Shown: positions 48,239 to 57,834 of the stretch, one piece after another
Numbering within the stretch: the first letter of the stretch is position 1
How the letters are laid out: each line of letters opens with the position of its first letter
Assembly (NCBI GenBank): GCA_043821365.1
Contig: JBDRCX010000006.1
Span: 352,001-416,000, forward strand
DNA length: 64,000 nucleotides
Reading direction: 5' to 3'
Source: Candidatus Micrarchaeota archaeon
GTDB taxonomy: Archaea; Micrarchaeota; Micrarchaeia; Anstonellales; Bilamarchaeaceae
Notes under the pieces: model-generated
Database searches by the model: none
Told to the model about the DNA's origin: nothing
The model's input: only the letters and a program-made list of their open reading frames with translations
Translations under genes and position numbers: made by a program

Positions 48239-48372
48239 AGTATCGTTACTCCATTTTTCTCAACTCTGATTACACCACTGCGAAGACATTTCATTTTTTT
48301 CATTGCTTTATCTATTGTTTTCCAGTTTTTTGATTTTACAAATATGAAATCTGTTTTTGCTTTTTTACCCAT
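48223..48372 (-). CDS. 49-aa Lys-rich small protein, absent from the ORF track
   Basis: MGKKAKTDFIFVKSKNWKTIDKAMKKMKCLRSGVIRVEKNGVTILCAHS*; overlaps the DUF3326 start; upstream GGGTGA. Confidence 0.45.
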   Translation of the reverse strand: MGKKAKTDFIFVKSKNWKTIDKAMKKMKCLRSGVIRVEKNGVTILCAHS

Positions 48373-48469
48373 GATTTGTTCACCCAGTGTGGCTTTTTAT
48401 ATACTTAACGCAATTCAAGAAGCTTTAAAAGACTTTTTACGTTATACCTTCAATTCTTAGGTAGATACT

Positions 48470-48553
48470 ATGAAACCATTGTCCATAGACGAAGAAGATT
48501 TTGATGAGGACGACGATTTCGAAGAAGATGAATGGGGCGAAGAGGATGATTGA
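48470..48553 (+). CDS. acidic micropeptide 1 (27 aa)
   Basis: MKPLSIDEEDFDEDDDFEEDEWGEEDD*; preceded by AGGTAGA. Confidence 0.7.
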   Translation: MKPLSIDEEDFDEDDDFEEDEWGEEDD

Positions 48554-48554
48554 T

Positions 48555-48638
48555 ATGATATTTAAAATCGATGAAGAAGACGATTTTGATGAAAATGATG
48601 ATTCAGAAGATGAATGGACAGACGAGGAAGATGATTAA
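48555..48638 (+). CDS. acidic micropeptide 2 (27 aa)
   Basis: MIFKIDEEDDFDENDDSEDEWTDEEDD*; starts 2 nt after stop 1. Confidence 0.7.
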   Translation: MIFKIDEEDDFDENDDSEDEWTDEEDD

Positions 48639-48715
48639 TGCGTCCCTTATCCATTGATGAAGAAGAAGACCTAGATGATGATTTCGAAGATGAAGATTGG
48701 GGCGAGGAAGATTAA
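48638..48715 (+). CDS. acidic micropeptide 3 (25 aa)
   Basis: MRPLSIDEEEDLDDDFEDEDWGEED*; TAATG stop/start overlap. Confidence 0.7.
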   Translation: MRPLSIDEEEDLDDDFEDEDWGEED

Positions 48716-48730
48716 TTTTTATTTTTTCTA
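48716..48730 (+). terminator. oligo-T terminator after the micropeptide triplet
   Basis: TTTTTATTTTTTCT directly after the third stop codon. Confidence 0.5.
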
Positions 48731-48787
48731 ATGTTTTTAAACCTCTCTTAGGATAATATAACCTATTCTTGAGTGTTTCTCAGGTGT

Positions 48788-48990
48788 GGGCCCGTAGCTC
48801 AGTGCGGTTTTTTGGAAAAAAAAGCGCGAGTAGCTTGGATAGAGCGGCAGCCTTCTAACTTAAGGAAAAGATAAATGGCCAGTTTTGGTTCAACATTTTC
48901 CTAAAAGGTTGAAAGCTGTAGGCCAGGGGTTCAAAAGCTTTGCGCTGGCGCGCAAAATTTGCCAGCAAGCTGACAATCCCCTCGGGCCCG
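48788..48990 (+). tRNA. trnR: tRNA-Arg(TCT) with three introns: 15/16 (48803-48833), 37/38 (48858-48913), 59/60 (48936-48976)
   Basis: Spliced: GGGCCCG TA GCTC AGCTTGGATA GAGC G GCAGC CTTCTAA GCTGT AGGCC AGGGG TTCAAAT CCCCT CGGGCCC G. BHB at 15/16 (GCTC/GAGT) and at 59/60 (h' GCTT/AAGC). Confidence 0.9.
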
Positions 48991-49075
48991 TTTTGGTTTG
49001 TTTGTGGAACCAAGGTTCCACACCTCATTTTATTTATTGGGAGTAGACTAATTACAAGAACCAAAGATCAAAAAT

Positions 49076-49666
49076 CTAACTCATCACATCAGATAAAATT
49101 TGATATGCTCTTGCAGTGTCTGCTTGTTTTACCACTAATATTGTATCAGTGTAGCACGAAATAAATTCAACTATATTTATTCCTTCTGAAGCAAGTGCAC
49201 TCAGAATATGGGATATTACACCAGGAACTTCTTCAAGATCTTCTGGACTTTCTATTGTTATTAAATTAAGATTTTCTTCGCTTTTCCAAATCATCTTTTT
49301 CGGAATTTTTTCAAAATCTTTTTGTTCAAGTATATAAGTCACATGCCTACCAGATTTTGCATGGGAAAGTGGTTTTAGTTCATCAATCTCTTTTTTTGTT
49401 ATGGCGACAACTACTTTATTTTTTATTATCATCGAACTCTTTTTCAAGACATTCAATATTCTTCCTTCCAAATCATCCTGCATTTTTTCTATTCTTTTAC
49501 TGCTTCTGATGAGTGCCATTTTTATTGCATCTTCATTCTCACTGCCTATGTCGTCAGCTATTTTTCTGGCCAGTGAAGAATAATTGACAATCCCAGCACG
49601 AATAATATCTTTGAGAAAAGGGCGTTGCTTTAAGTATAACCAAACCAACTCAGATGTACTTGTCAT
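49076..49666 (-). CDS. ACT-domain regulatory protein, divergent from the arg operon
   Basis: N-terminal IVNYSSLARKI...AIKMALIR; C-terminal PGVISHILSALASEGINIVEFISCYTD. Confidence 0.8.
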   Translation of the reverse strand: MTSTSELVWLYLKQRPFLKDIIRAGIVNYSSLARKIADDIGSENEDAIKMALIRSSKRIEKMQDDLEGRILNVLKKSSMIIKNKVVVAITKKEIDELKPLSHAKSGRHVTYILEQKDFEKIPKKMIWKSEENLNLITIESPEDLEEVPGVISHILSALASEGINIVEFISCYTDTILVVKQADTARAYQILSDVMS

Positions 49667-49724
49667 AGTTCTATTTGGAACAAGTATGTCTATAAATGTA
49701 ACATCTGTCGCGTAATATTTAAAT

Positions 49725-51098
49725 ATGAATTTTTACCCACACTCTACCATGAAAGATGCACTAATAAAATTTCTCACTAGTTTAGGTCTTCAAAATGAGC
49801 TTGAACTTTACCTACGCTTGTTCAAGCAAGTGCAACCACACAAATTCGCAGTTGTAAAAATAAGTGGAGCTACACTTTCAGAAAAAATGGATACAGTTGC
49901 AGAAGATCTTGCGTTTCTTTCCAAGTTAGGTCTTTGTCCAATAGTTATTCACGGTGGCGGCAAACCGATAGATGAAGCTCTTAATAAAAAAGGATTAGAA
50001 ATCAAAAAAGTCAATGGTATGCGTATTACTAATAAGGAAGTAATGCTTGTAACCTCTAAAGTTCTAAATAAACTCACAAATCAACTCGTTTCTCTTATTA
50101 ACAAGAAAGGCGGTCATGCTTTGAATATCAATGATTTTGGCATGATTAAACTCAAAAAAAGTGGATCGGTTGGTGGGGTTGACCTTGGCCTTGTAGCAGA
50201 AATAACTGACATAAATATAAATAAGTTTAAGGAATTGTGCGATTTCGGGTATATGCCTGTTCTAGCATCCATGGGTAATATTGATGGCACTTCATTCAAT
50301 GTCAATGCTGATATTCTTGCAAATGCCATTGTCAAAAAAACCAGACCAAAGAAATTTATCCTACTTACTGATACTGGTGGAATATTGGATAAACAAGGGC
50401 AAATAATTTCAGTTATTGATGTTCAATATGATCTTGAACAATTGGTCAATGGAAAGATTATCAGCGATGGCATGCTTTTAAAAGTGCGAGAAATAAAAAA
50501 ACTTCTCCAATTTGTTCCGGATACTGTAGTGGAAATCTGTTCACCTGAAAATCTTCTAAAAGAACTTTTTACTGTCAAAGGAAGTGGGACATTTGTTCGC
50601 TATGGTGGCAATTTTTTGGTCAAGAATAACTTTAAGGAACTGAATACAAAAAAGATCCAGAAGCTTTTGGTAGATAGCTTCTGCAAGGTTCTTAGTGACG
50701 ATTACTTTGACCAACCTATTGATCTTGTAATAGCTGATAAGGATTATTCAGCTGTTGCAATAATAAAGAAAATCTCGGGGCAGCCCTATTTGGATAAATT
50801 TGCAGTTTCAAAAAATGCACAGGGAAATGGTCTTGGCAAAACCGTTTGGTCTATTGTCAAAAAACACTATCCTTCGCTGATATGGCGTTCAAGTTTGGAC
50901 AATCCTATAAATAGCTGGTACTTCAAGAATGCAGATGGAGTTCATAAGAGTGATAAGTGGGCTATTTTTTGGTATAATCTACAACCTTCAACAGTACTGA
51001 TTCAAACAATTTCTAACATAGTTCCTACGTTGGTGAAAAAATGCGATGTGTTTTTTCTGAACCAAAACAACAATTTTGATATGGTGAAAAAATGTTAA
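49725..51098 (+). CDS. argB: acetylglutamate kinase fused to a NAT (DUF619-type) domain, NAGS/K-like
   Basis: VVKISGA, IHGGGKPID, GMRIT, NVNAD, KELFTVKGSGT; C-terminal YLDKFAV...QGNGLG...WRS...NSWYF...W. Confidence 0.9.
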   Translation: MNFYPHSTMKDALIKFLTSLGLQNELELYLRLFKQVQPHKFAVVKISGATLSEKMDTVAEDLAFLSKLGLCPIVIHGGGKPIDEALNKKGLEIKKVNGMRITNKEVMLVTSKVLNKLTNQLVSLINKKGGHALNINDFGMIKLKKSGSVGGVDLGLVAEITDININKFKELCDFGYMPVLASMGNIDGTSFNVNADILANAIVKKTRPKKFILLTDTGGILDKQGQIISVIDVQYDLEQLVNGKIISDGMLLKVREIKKLLQFVPDTVVEICSPENLLKELFTVKGSGTFVRYGGNFLVKNNFKELNTKKIQKLLVDSFCKVLSDDYFDQPIDLVIADKDYSAVAIIKKISGQPYLDKFAVSKNAQGNGLGKTVWSIVKKHYPSLIWRSSLDNPINSWYFKNADGVHKSDKWAIFWYNLQPSTVLIQTISNIVPTLVKKCDVFFLNQNNNFDMVKKC

Positions 51099-52231
51099 TC
51101 CAAGAAGAGAAAAAATATATCATGAGTGCCTATACTCGTTATCCATTAACAATAATAACTGGGGTTGGGTGTCATGCGTATGCTTCAGATGGAAATTGGT
51201 ACTTGGACATGGTTGGTGGCATTGCGTGTTGTCCGTTGGGTCATCAACACCCAGCAGTAAAAGATGCAATTTTGAGCCAGGTCAATAAGCTTACTAATGT
51301 TAGTAATCTTTTCTATACTGAGGAACAAATTGAACTGGCAAAAAAACTTGTCTCTCTTTCTGGATTGAAAAAATGTTTTTTTAGTAACAGTGGTACTGAG
51401 GCTAATGAGGCCGCAATTAAACTAGCAATTGCCAGCACTAAGAAACACGAATTCGTGGTTTGTCAGAATTCTTTTCATGGTCGTACATTTGGTAGTTTAT
51501 CTGCTACGTACGGTAAAAATTACACACAAAAATTTAGCCCACTTCTATCAAAGTTTGATTTTGTTCCATATGGTGATCTATCTGCAATATCAAACGCAAT
51601 AAATGAGAAAACAGCAGCAATACTACTTGAACCAATACAAGGCGAAGCAGGAATTATACTGCCCCATCATGATTATCTAAAAGAATTATCTGAACTTTGT
51701 GAATCAAAGGGAGTGCTATTTATGTTAGATGAAGTCCAAACAGGCAATGGGCGGACCGGTACCTATTTTGAATATCTTTCCCATGGCATAAAACCAGATA
51801 TTGTTACAACTGCAAAAGGTCTGGCAAATGGTCTTCCAATTGGAGTAACATTATCAAATGGTGTTGATTTTGAACCAGGTGACCATGCATCTACATTCGG
51901 AGGCAATTCATTTGTTTGTGCCGTTGCATCTTCTGTTGTTTCAACTATTTCAAAAAATGGGATGATGGAAAATGCTGCAGTTCAGGGAGACTATATTAAA
52001 AATCAAATTCTTAAATTTGATAAAAAAGAAGTAAAGGAAGTTCGGGGCAAGGGACTTATGATTGGTATTGAATTAGATAAACCAGCAAAAGAAAAAATAT
52101 CTAAATTTATGAAACACGGAGTGTTGGTAAATGTTGTAAATGAGAATACCATCAGATTACTTCCGCCTCTTATACTGGTTCAAAAACAAGCAGATCAATT
52201 CCTTTCTGCATTTAACGAGGTAGTATCATGA
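51092..52231 (+). CDS. argD: acetylornithine aminotransferase
   Basis: LDMVGGIA, SNSGTEANE, FHGRT, LEPIQGEAG, DEVQTG, TAKGLANG, STFGGN. Confidence 0.93.
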   Translation: MLIQEEKKYIMSAYTRYPLTIITGVGCHAYASDGNWYLDMVGGIACCPLGHQHPAVKDAILSQVNKLTNVSNLFYTEEQIELAKKLVSLSGLKKCFFSNSGTEANEAAIKLAIASTKKHEFVVCQNSFHGRTFGSLSATYGKNYTQKFSPLLSKFDFVPYGDLSAISNAINEKTAAILLEPIQGEAGIILPHHDYLKELSELCESKGVLFMLDEVQTGNGRTGTYFEYLSHGIKPDIVTTAKGLANGLPIGVTLSNGVDFEPGDHASTFGGNSFVCAVASSVVSTISKNGMMENAAVQGDYIKNQILKFDKKEVKEVRGKGLMIGIELDKPAKEKISKFMKHGVLVNVVNENTIRLLPPLILVQKQADQFLSAFNEVVS

Positions 52232-53130
52232 TCAAAGCAGCGGTTTTGGGTGCTTCTGGTTATTCTGGTAATGAATTAGTCAGCATTTTAGCTAATCATC
52301 CACAGGTTGATCTTGACTTCATACAAAGTAAAAATAATATTGGTAAAAAAGTAACTGGCATCTATCCAGATTCAAAAGTAAATCTCACCTACTCTGATCC
52401 ATCTCTAGAAGAACTCAACAAAGTCGATGTTGTTTTCCTTGCCCTTCCAAAAGAAGAATCACTACGTCTAGCATCAAAACTATCAACTCTAATCATCGAT
52501 CTGAGTCCGGCACATCGATTTCATTCTGAGTATGTTTATGGTCTCCCAGAAATTAATAGAGAAAAAATCAAATCAGCCAATAAAATAGCCAACCCTGGAT
52601 GTTATGCAACTGTTTCGCTTCTGGGTATTTTGCCGTTAACCAAAGTCCAAGTCAATGCCATTGCTTTTGATTGTAAAAGTGGCTATTCAGGTGGTGGTAA
52701 GAGTGTAAAATATGATTTCCAGGAAAATTCTATCCCATACTCTCTTGTTGATCACTATCAAAAACCAGAAATTGCCCAATTTGTTGATGTTCCTTTTTCA
52801 TTTACACCTCATGTTGTTAATGCGTTTCGTGGTCTGATAGCAACTGTTCACATATTTGGTGAATTTGATGATTTGGAATTATTATACCAAAAATTCTACG
52901 AAAAAGAACCGTGTGTTAAAGTTATCAATAGCATACCTGATTTCAAATCAGTTTCTAAGACCCCCTATTGCATGATCGGTGGGATTTCTAAGATGAAGGA
53001 CCATCACATTCTAATAAGTGCTATTGATAATTTGCTAAAAGGTGCTGCTTCACAGGCAGTTCAGAATATGAATATTCGATTTGGTTTTGATGAAAAAACC
53101 AGTTTAGATATTTTTGAGGTGAACTTATGA
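52228..53130 (+). CDS. argC: N-acetyl-gamma-glutamyl-phosphate reductase
   Basis: [42 protein letters not shown]. Confidence 0.95.
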   Translation: MIKAAVLGASGYSGNELVSILANHPQVDLDFIQSKNNIGKKVTGIYPDSKVNLTYSDPSLEELNKVDVVFLALPKEESLRLASKLSTLIIDLSPAHRFHSEYVYGLPEINREKIKSANKIANPGCYATVSLLGILPLTKVQVNAIAFDCKSGYSGGGKSVKYDFQENSIPYSLVDHYQKPEIAQFVDVPFSFTPHVVNAFRGLIATVHIFGEFDDLELLYQKFYEKEPCVKVINSIPDFKSVSKTPYCMIGGISKMKDHHILISAIDNLLKGAASQAVQNMNIRFGFDEKTSLDIFEVNL

Positions 53131-54365
53131 ATAAAAAAGTAGTTTTGGCATATTCGGGAGGTTTGGATACCTCGTGTATCCTTAAGTGGTTAGTGGAAAA
53201 AGGATATGAAGTCATAGCATATGTTGGAGATGTTGGGCAGAATGAAGACTTTGAAGTAGTGAAGAAAAAAGCTCTTGAAATTGGTGCATCTAAAGTCTAT
53301 GTTGAAAATTTGCAAAAAGAATTTGTAACTGATTTTATTTTTCCAGCAATAAAAGCAAATGCAATTTATGAAAGTAGATATCTTCTTGGTACTTCACTTG
53401 CACGTCCAGTGATTGCAAGAAAGCAGATGGAAATTGCAGAGAGAGAAAATGCAGAATATGTTTCTCATGGTGCAACCGGGAAAGGCAATGATCAAGTTCG
53501 TTTTGAGCTTACTTATTACGCTCTCAATCCAAAAATCAAGGTCATAGCACCATGGAAAGACTCAGACTTCTTAGCCAAATTCAAAGGCAGAAAAGATCTT
53601 ATTAATTATGCAAATGAAAAAGGGATTCCAATCAAAGCAACTCATGACAAACCATACAGTACTGACGCAAACCTTATGCACATAAGTTATGAATCTGGGA
53701 TGTTAGAAGATCCAAAAACTGCTCCAACTCCGGCAATGTTTGAGTGGACAAAATCACCAAAAGATGCTCCTGATAAAGAAACACACCTTGAAATTCATTT
53801 CAAAGATGGACTTCCAATTAAGGTTGTGAATAAGGAAAATGGGGCTGCAGTGACAGATCCTCTCGAGCTATTAGTTTATTTGAATGAAGTCGGAGCAGAA
53901 AATGGTGTTGGTCGTATTGATATTGTAGAGAACCGTTTTGTTGGTATAAAATCACGTGGAGTTTATGAAACTCCTGGAGTTACGATCTTACGTGCTGCAC
54001 ATTTGGATATAGAATCCATTGCAATGGATCGAGAAGTTATGCGATTGCGTGATATGCTTGAACCAAAATTCTCAGAATTTGTCTATAATGGTTTTTGGTT
54101 TAGTCCTGAGATGGATTTTCTAAATGCTGCAATAAATAAAAGTCAAGAACTTATTGACGGTGTTGTGTATCTTAGTTTGTACAAGGGTAACATAACAATA
54201 ATTGGTAGAGAATCACCAAGTTCACTTTACGACAAGGATCTTTCAAGCATGGATATTGAAGGTGGATTCAATCAAAGTGATTCAGCAGGGTTTATTAAGA
54301 TCAATGCAATTCGATTGATGGCACACAATGCGATTATACATCATAAGAAAAAGCACGGTAATTAG
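53127..54365 (+). CDS. argG: argininosuccinate synthase
   Basis: [48 protein letters not shown]. Confidence 0.97.
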   Translation: MNKKVVLAYSGGLDTSCILKWLVEKGYEVIAYVGDVGQNEDFEVVKKKALEIGASKVYVENLQKEFVTDFIFPAIKANAIYESRYLLGTSLARPVIARKQMEIAERENAEYVSHGATGKGNDQVRFELTYYALNPKIKVIAPWKDSDFLAKFKGRKDLINYANEKGIPIKATHDKPYSTDANLMHISYESGMLEDPKTAPTPAMFEWTKSPKDAPDKETHLEIHFKDGLPIKVVNKENGAAVTDPLELLVYLNEVGAENGVGRIDIVENRFVGIKSRGVYETPGVTILRAAHLDIESIAMDREVMRLRDMLEPKFSEFVYNGFWFSPEMDFLNAAINKSQELIDGVVYLSLYKGNITIIGRESPSSLYDKDLSSMDIEGGFNQSDSAGFIKINAIRLMAHNAIIHHKKKHGN

Positions 54366-54379
54366 TGCAGGTGGTTTTG

Positions 54380-55573
54380 ATGCTTTGGGGAGGAAGATTT
54401 TCTAAAGATCCTAAGAAAAATTTGCTGTTATTCAACAGTTCAGACAATATTTCTGTTGATGAAAAACTTGTTGGATACGATATTGTGGGGAGCATTGCAC
54501 ATGTTAAAATGCTTAATAAGCAAAAGCTTCTCAACAATACTGAAGCAAATGCAATAATCAAAGCACTAAATGAAGTTCTTGCTGAATGGAAATCTGGCAA
54601 ATTTAAATTAGACCCAAATCTTGAAGATGTGCACATGAATGTTGAAGTTGCAGTTACAAAAAAAACACCATTTGGCAAAAAAATGCATACTGCAAGATCA
54701 AGAAATGATCAAATAAATTTAGATATGCGTTTGTACATGCGCGATAATGTGACTAAATTTATTTCGTCATTAAGAACTCTTCAAAAAGCATTCAATTCCC
54801 AAAATAAAATCGAAATACCTGCCCATACCCACACCAGAGTAGCTCAGCCAATTACAACTAAACTCTATTACGATGGCTATTCAACTTCTCTGAATAAAGA
54901 TATCGAACGCCTTAACCAGCTTTACAAAAGAATAAACAAATCACCATTAGGTGCATGTGCAATTTCAGGAACCACCCTTCCAATAGACAGAGATTATACT
55001 GCCAATTTACTTGGTTTTGATGGTATTGAAAAAAATCCAGTCGAAACAATAAGTTCAAGAGGGGAATTGGAAGCAGAATTTGCTTTCATATGCACTCTTA
55101 TTGCCATACAATTATCTCGTTTTGCAGAAGATATGATCTGGTTCAGTTATGTTGGTTTAGTTGAACTACCAGAAGAATACTGTACTGGTAGTAGCATAAT
55201 GCCAAACAAATCAAATCCAGATGTTTTTGAGCTTATTCGTGGGAGATCTGCAAAAGTCCAAGGGAATCTTGTTACTTTACTCACTCTTTTGAAAGGAACT
55301 CCAACAGGACACAATGCAGATACTCAAGAATCAAAAAAAGCAATTATGGAATCAATTGAAACAGTTTCTAGCTGCACTGCTATCCTAGCTGACATAATAC
55401 CGCAGATAAAATGGAATAAAAAGAAAGCCAAAAAGCTGATAGATCAAGGATATGCAAGAGCCACTCTTCTTGCAGATGATCTTGTAAAAAAAGGGATCTC
55501 ATTTAGAGAAGCTCATGAGAAAATTGGTAAATTGATAAAAAGACTCGAAAAAGAAGGAAAATATATCGAGTAA
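54380..55573 (+). CDS. argH: argininosuccinate lyase
   Basis: MLWGGRF, EDVH, HTARSRNDQ, SPLGACA, GSSIMPNKSNPD, FREAH. Confidence 0.95.
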   Translation: MLWGGRFSKDPKKNLLLFNSSDNISVDEKLVGYDIVGSIAHVKMLNKQKLLNNTEANAIIKALNEVLAEWKSGKFKLDPNLEDVHMNVEVAVTKKTPFGKKMHTARSRNDQINLDMRLYMRDNVTKFISSLRTLQKAFNSQNKIEIPAHTHTRVAQPITTKLYYDGYSTSLNKDIERLNQLYKRINKSPLGACAISGTTLPIDRDYTANLLGFDGIEKNPVETISSRGELEAEFAFICTLIAIQLSRFAEDMIWFSYVGLVELPEEYCTGSSIMPNKSNPDVFELIRGRSAKVQGNLVTLLTLLKGTPTGHNADTQESKKAIMESIETVSSCTAILADIIPQIKWNKKKAKKLIDQGYARATLLADDLVKKGISFREAHEKIGKLIKRLEKEGKYIE

Positions 55574-56203
55574 CTAATCATCGTGGTGTATACTGTTTCT
55601 GAATAGTAAAAACAAAATGATCAATGCAGCAACACCTAAAAGTAATACAACTGGTAATAAAAATCCAAGGGGATTTTCTGTACCTGTTTTTACAATAACG
55701 TTTTCCAATCCCTCATTTTGTGGTTCTTGGTTATTTTGTGGTGGTTGAGTATTGTTAACTGCTGGTGGTTCTTCATCTGGAATAACCACTGGTTCTTCTG
55801 GTATTATGGTTGGTTCTTCTGATTGCTCCTCTGGTTCAGTTATATTCTGTCCAGGGAATACATCCGGGGCATCTGATTCCCCACATTGTTCTTCTTGTGG
55901 GCAATAATTTGGTATCATCATCTGCATACATTCTGCGCCCATTTCACTAGGTGACACAACAGGACATTCAACCACTCTACCATCTGGTTTGTAGAATGTA
56001 CTTCCTGCTCCTGGTAATGAAGAAACTACTCTTACAACATTTCCATTACATGTGTAAACTGCTTCTACATTTGCTTCTTTACATTTTGCTGCTGCTGTAT
56101 CCTTAGCAAATTGCTCCCCATTGTCACCTGATTCCCAAATTACAGCAAAACTAAGGGTTAGCATCAATAATACAAATAACACATGCTTTTTCATATACAC
56201 CAA
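55574..56203 (-). CDS. secreted Cys-rich protein with Pro/Glu linker and C-terminal TM
   Basis: Signal peptide, 6 Cys, EEP/PPQNN low-complexity linker, C-terminal hydrophobic anchor. Confidence 0.7.
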   Translation of the reverse strand: MVYMKKHVLFVLLMLTLSFAVIWESGDNGEQFAKDTAAAKCKEANVEAVYTCNGNVVRVVSSLPGAGSTFYKPDGRVVECPVVSPSEMGAECMQMMIPNYCPQEEQCGESDAPDVFPGQNITEPEEQSEEPTIIPEEPVVIPDEEPPAVNNTQPPQNNQEPQNEGLENVIVKTGTENPLGFLLPVVLLLGVAALIILFLLFRNSIHHDD

Positions 56204-56228
56204 TTTATGAAGCAGGCAAATTAAAAAT

Positions 56229-56504
56229 CTACCTCTTAGCCGTAACCATAATCAAATGATATCCAAATTCTGTTTTTACAGGCTTTGATACCACTCCAAC
56301 TGGCAATGAAAAGGCTGCTTCTTCAAATTCCTTTACCATCTGCCCCTTTCCAAAGAATCCTAGTTTTCCTCCATTTTCTCCGCTTGGGCATTTGGAGTGC
56401 TTTTTTGCAATCTTTACAAAATCTGCTCCGTTGTCAATCTCTTTTTTCAACTTATTTGCTGTTTTTTCATCATCCACTAAAATGTGGCTTGCGTTTACCT
56501 GCAT
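56229..56504 (-). CDS. ppiC: parvulin-type peptidyl-prolyl isomerase
   Basis: [15 protein letters not shown]...[23 protein letters not shown]. Confidence 0.95.
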   Translation of the reverse strand: MQVNASHILVDDEKTANKLKKEIDNGADFVKIAKKHSKCPSGENGGKLGFFGKGQMVKEFEEAAFSLPVGVVSKPVKTEFGYHLIMVTAKR

Positions 56505-56559
56505 GATTTCCCCCCAGAGGCAATGCCTCTAGAACCCCTAATTTATGAGGTTGTTAATA

Positions 56560-57735
56560 TCAAGGTTGTATCCATTCAATTTCATAATATTCATATTCGC
56601 TTCCAGGAAGATCAATTGCTTTTATCACGTAATAAGTGACACTGCTTTCCCTATCTCCAATCCCCATTATCATTTCCAGTCCGTATTGGTTACACTCTGC
56701 CAAAGCCTTTGCAAGTTCTTCTCCACCAATGCATTCATCCTCAGTGAGCGAGTACATCAAATATCGTGGTGTTCCGTCTTTTGGAGTTTCTATCCCTCCT
56801 TTTTTACGGTGATAACAAACAAAATCTAACCTTGGTTTTTTCGGATTAATTTCTATCGAAGTCTTCTTTCCTGGAATTGCAAGTATGAATGTTTTTTTCA
56901 CACTATGAGCTACTCTAATAGCCCTTGCCCATTCCGAAATTATCTGTTTATGCTTTCTTGGGAAAACATGAATAACGTGTTTGGAGTGCATCCATTCGTC
57001 TTCACTTCTTATTGGCGATGCACCTGGGAAATATATTCTGAAATGAGTACCGAATTTGAACCCAGTTTTTATTACATACCCTCGTTTTCTCCAATCCTCA
57101 TATACAGAATACATATCTGAGAAAAACTTCATTCGCTTTTTTGCTATTTTTTCTACATCTCCTACTTTTAGATTTTTTAAGGTTAATTCACCATGCTTCA
57201 GGAGGTAAATTGTTTCGTAAATATCAAGTTTTGATATTTTGCCTCTATGTGCTGCTTTGTAAGTTCCAAATTGTCCTATCCAATACCTTTCATATAATTC
57301 CTTTCCAACTCTTTCATCATCAACTATTGTGATGAGGTCATTTGGGAAGAAAAGTCCTTGGAATGAATACGAATCTATGTCGAAATGCCCTCCTTTGTAC
57401 TTAACGGATATGGATCTCCCATAATTTCCTTCTGCTTCTGTTGCATTCCTGAGTATTAGTCCTTTATCACGATAATCTTTATAGGTCAAATATCTTGCTA
57501 GTAACCTCTTATTTTTTACAAATAGTGCTGCAACGTCATTAAAACCAAATTCATTCCCAACATCATCATAGCATCTGCCATTGCGAATATCCATGATATA
57601 CAGAGCTTCCTCTGGTGTTAGGTAAATTATCCCCCTTTTCATCTGGCCGTAAAAACCGTTTTGTAGAGAAGAAACAGCTGATGGTTCCTTCACAAACAAA
57701 GTACGCTTTTTTCGGTCCAGCTCAAGTTTTATCAT
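56560..57735 (-). CDS. endA: tRNA splicing endonuclease, three-unit epsilon type
   Basis: ~390 aa; partial N unit (LTPEEALY...YKDYRDKG), full catalytic unit (YEDWRKRGY..KTGFKFG.HFRIY, MHS, VAHSVKK), GTYK loop, C-terminal structural unit. Confidence 0.9.
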   Translation of the reverse strand: MIKLELDRKKRTLFVKEPSAVSSLQNGFYGQMKRGIIYLTPEEALYIMDIRNGRCYDDVGNEFGFNDVAALFVKNKRLLARYLTYKDYRDKGLILRNATEAEGNYGRSISVKYKGGHFDIDSYSFQGLFFPNDLITIVDDERVGKELYERYWIGQFGTYKAAHRGKISKLDIYETIYLLKHGELTLKNLKVGDVEKIAKKRMKFFSDMYSVYEDWRKRGYVIKTGFKFGTHFRIYFPGASPIRSEDEWMHSKHVIHVFPRKHKQIISEWARAIRVAHSVKKTFILAIPGKKTSIEINPKKPRLDFVCYHRKKGGIETPKDGTPRYLMYSLTEDECIGGEELAKALAECNQYGLEMIMGIGDRESSVTYYVIKAIDLPGSEYEYYEIEWIQP

Positions 57736-57834
57736 ACACAAACCTCTCGAGCGGAAATTCCGAATTACAATAATTATCTGTGGCTAAGGGTATTAAGCCC
57801 TTTTGGTCTCCTGTTTTTGGGATTACAAACTCCA

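Noticed and set aside
48470-48715. Repeat-spacer (CRISPR-like) array
   Set aside because: The units are diverged GAW-rich coding repeats with no identical direct repeat or unique spacers, and there are no cas genes.
48855-49164. ORF-track calls 48855-49064(-) and 48940-49164(+)
   Set aside because: They overlap tRNA-Arg introns and exons; spurious.
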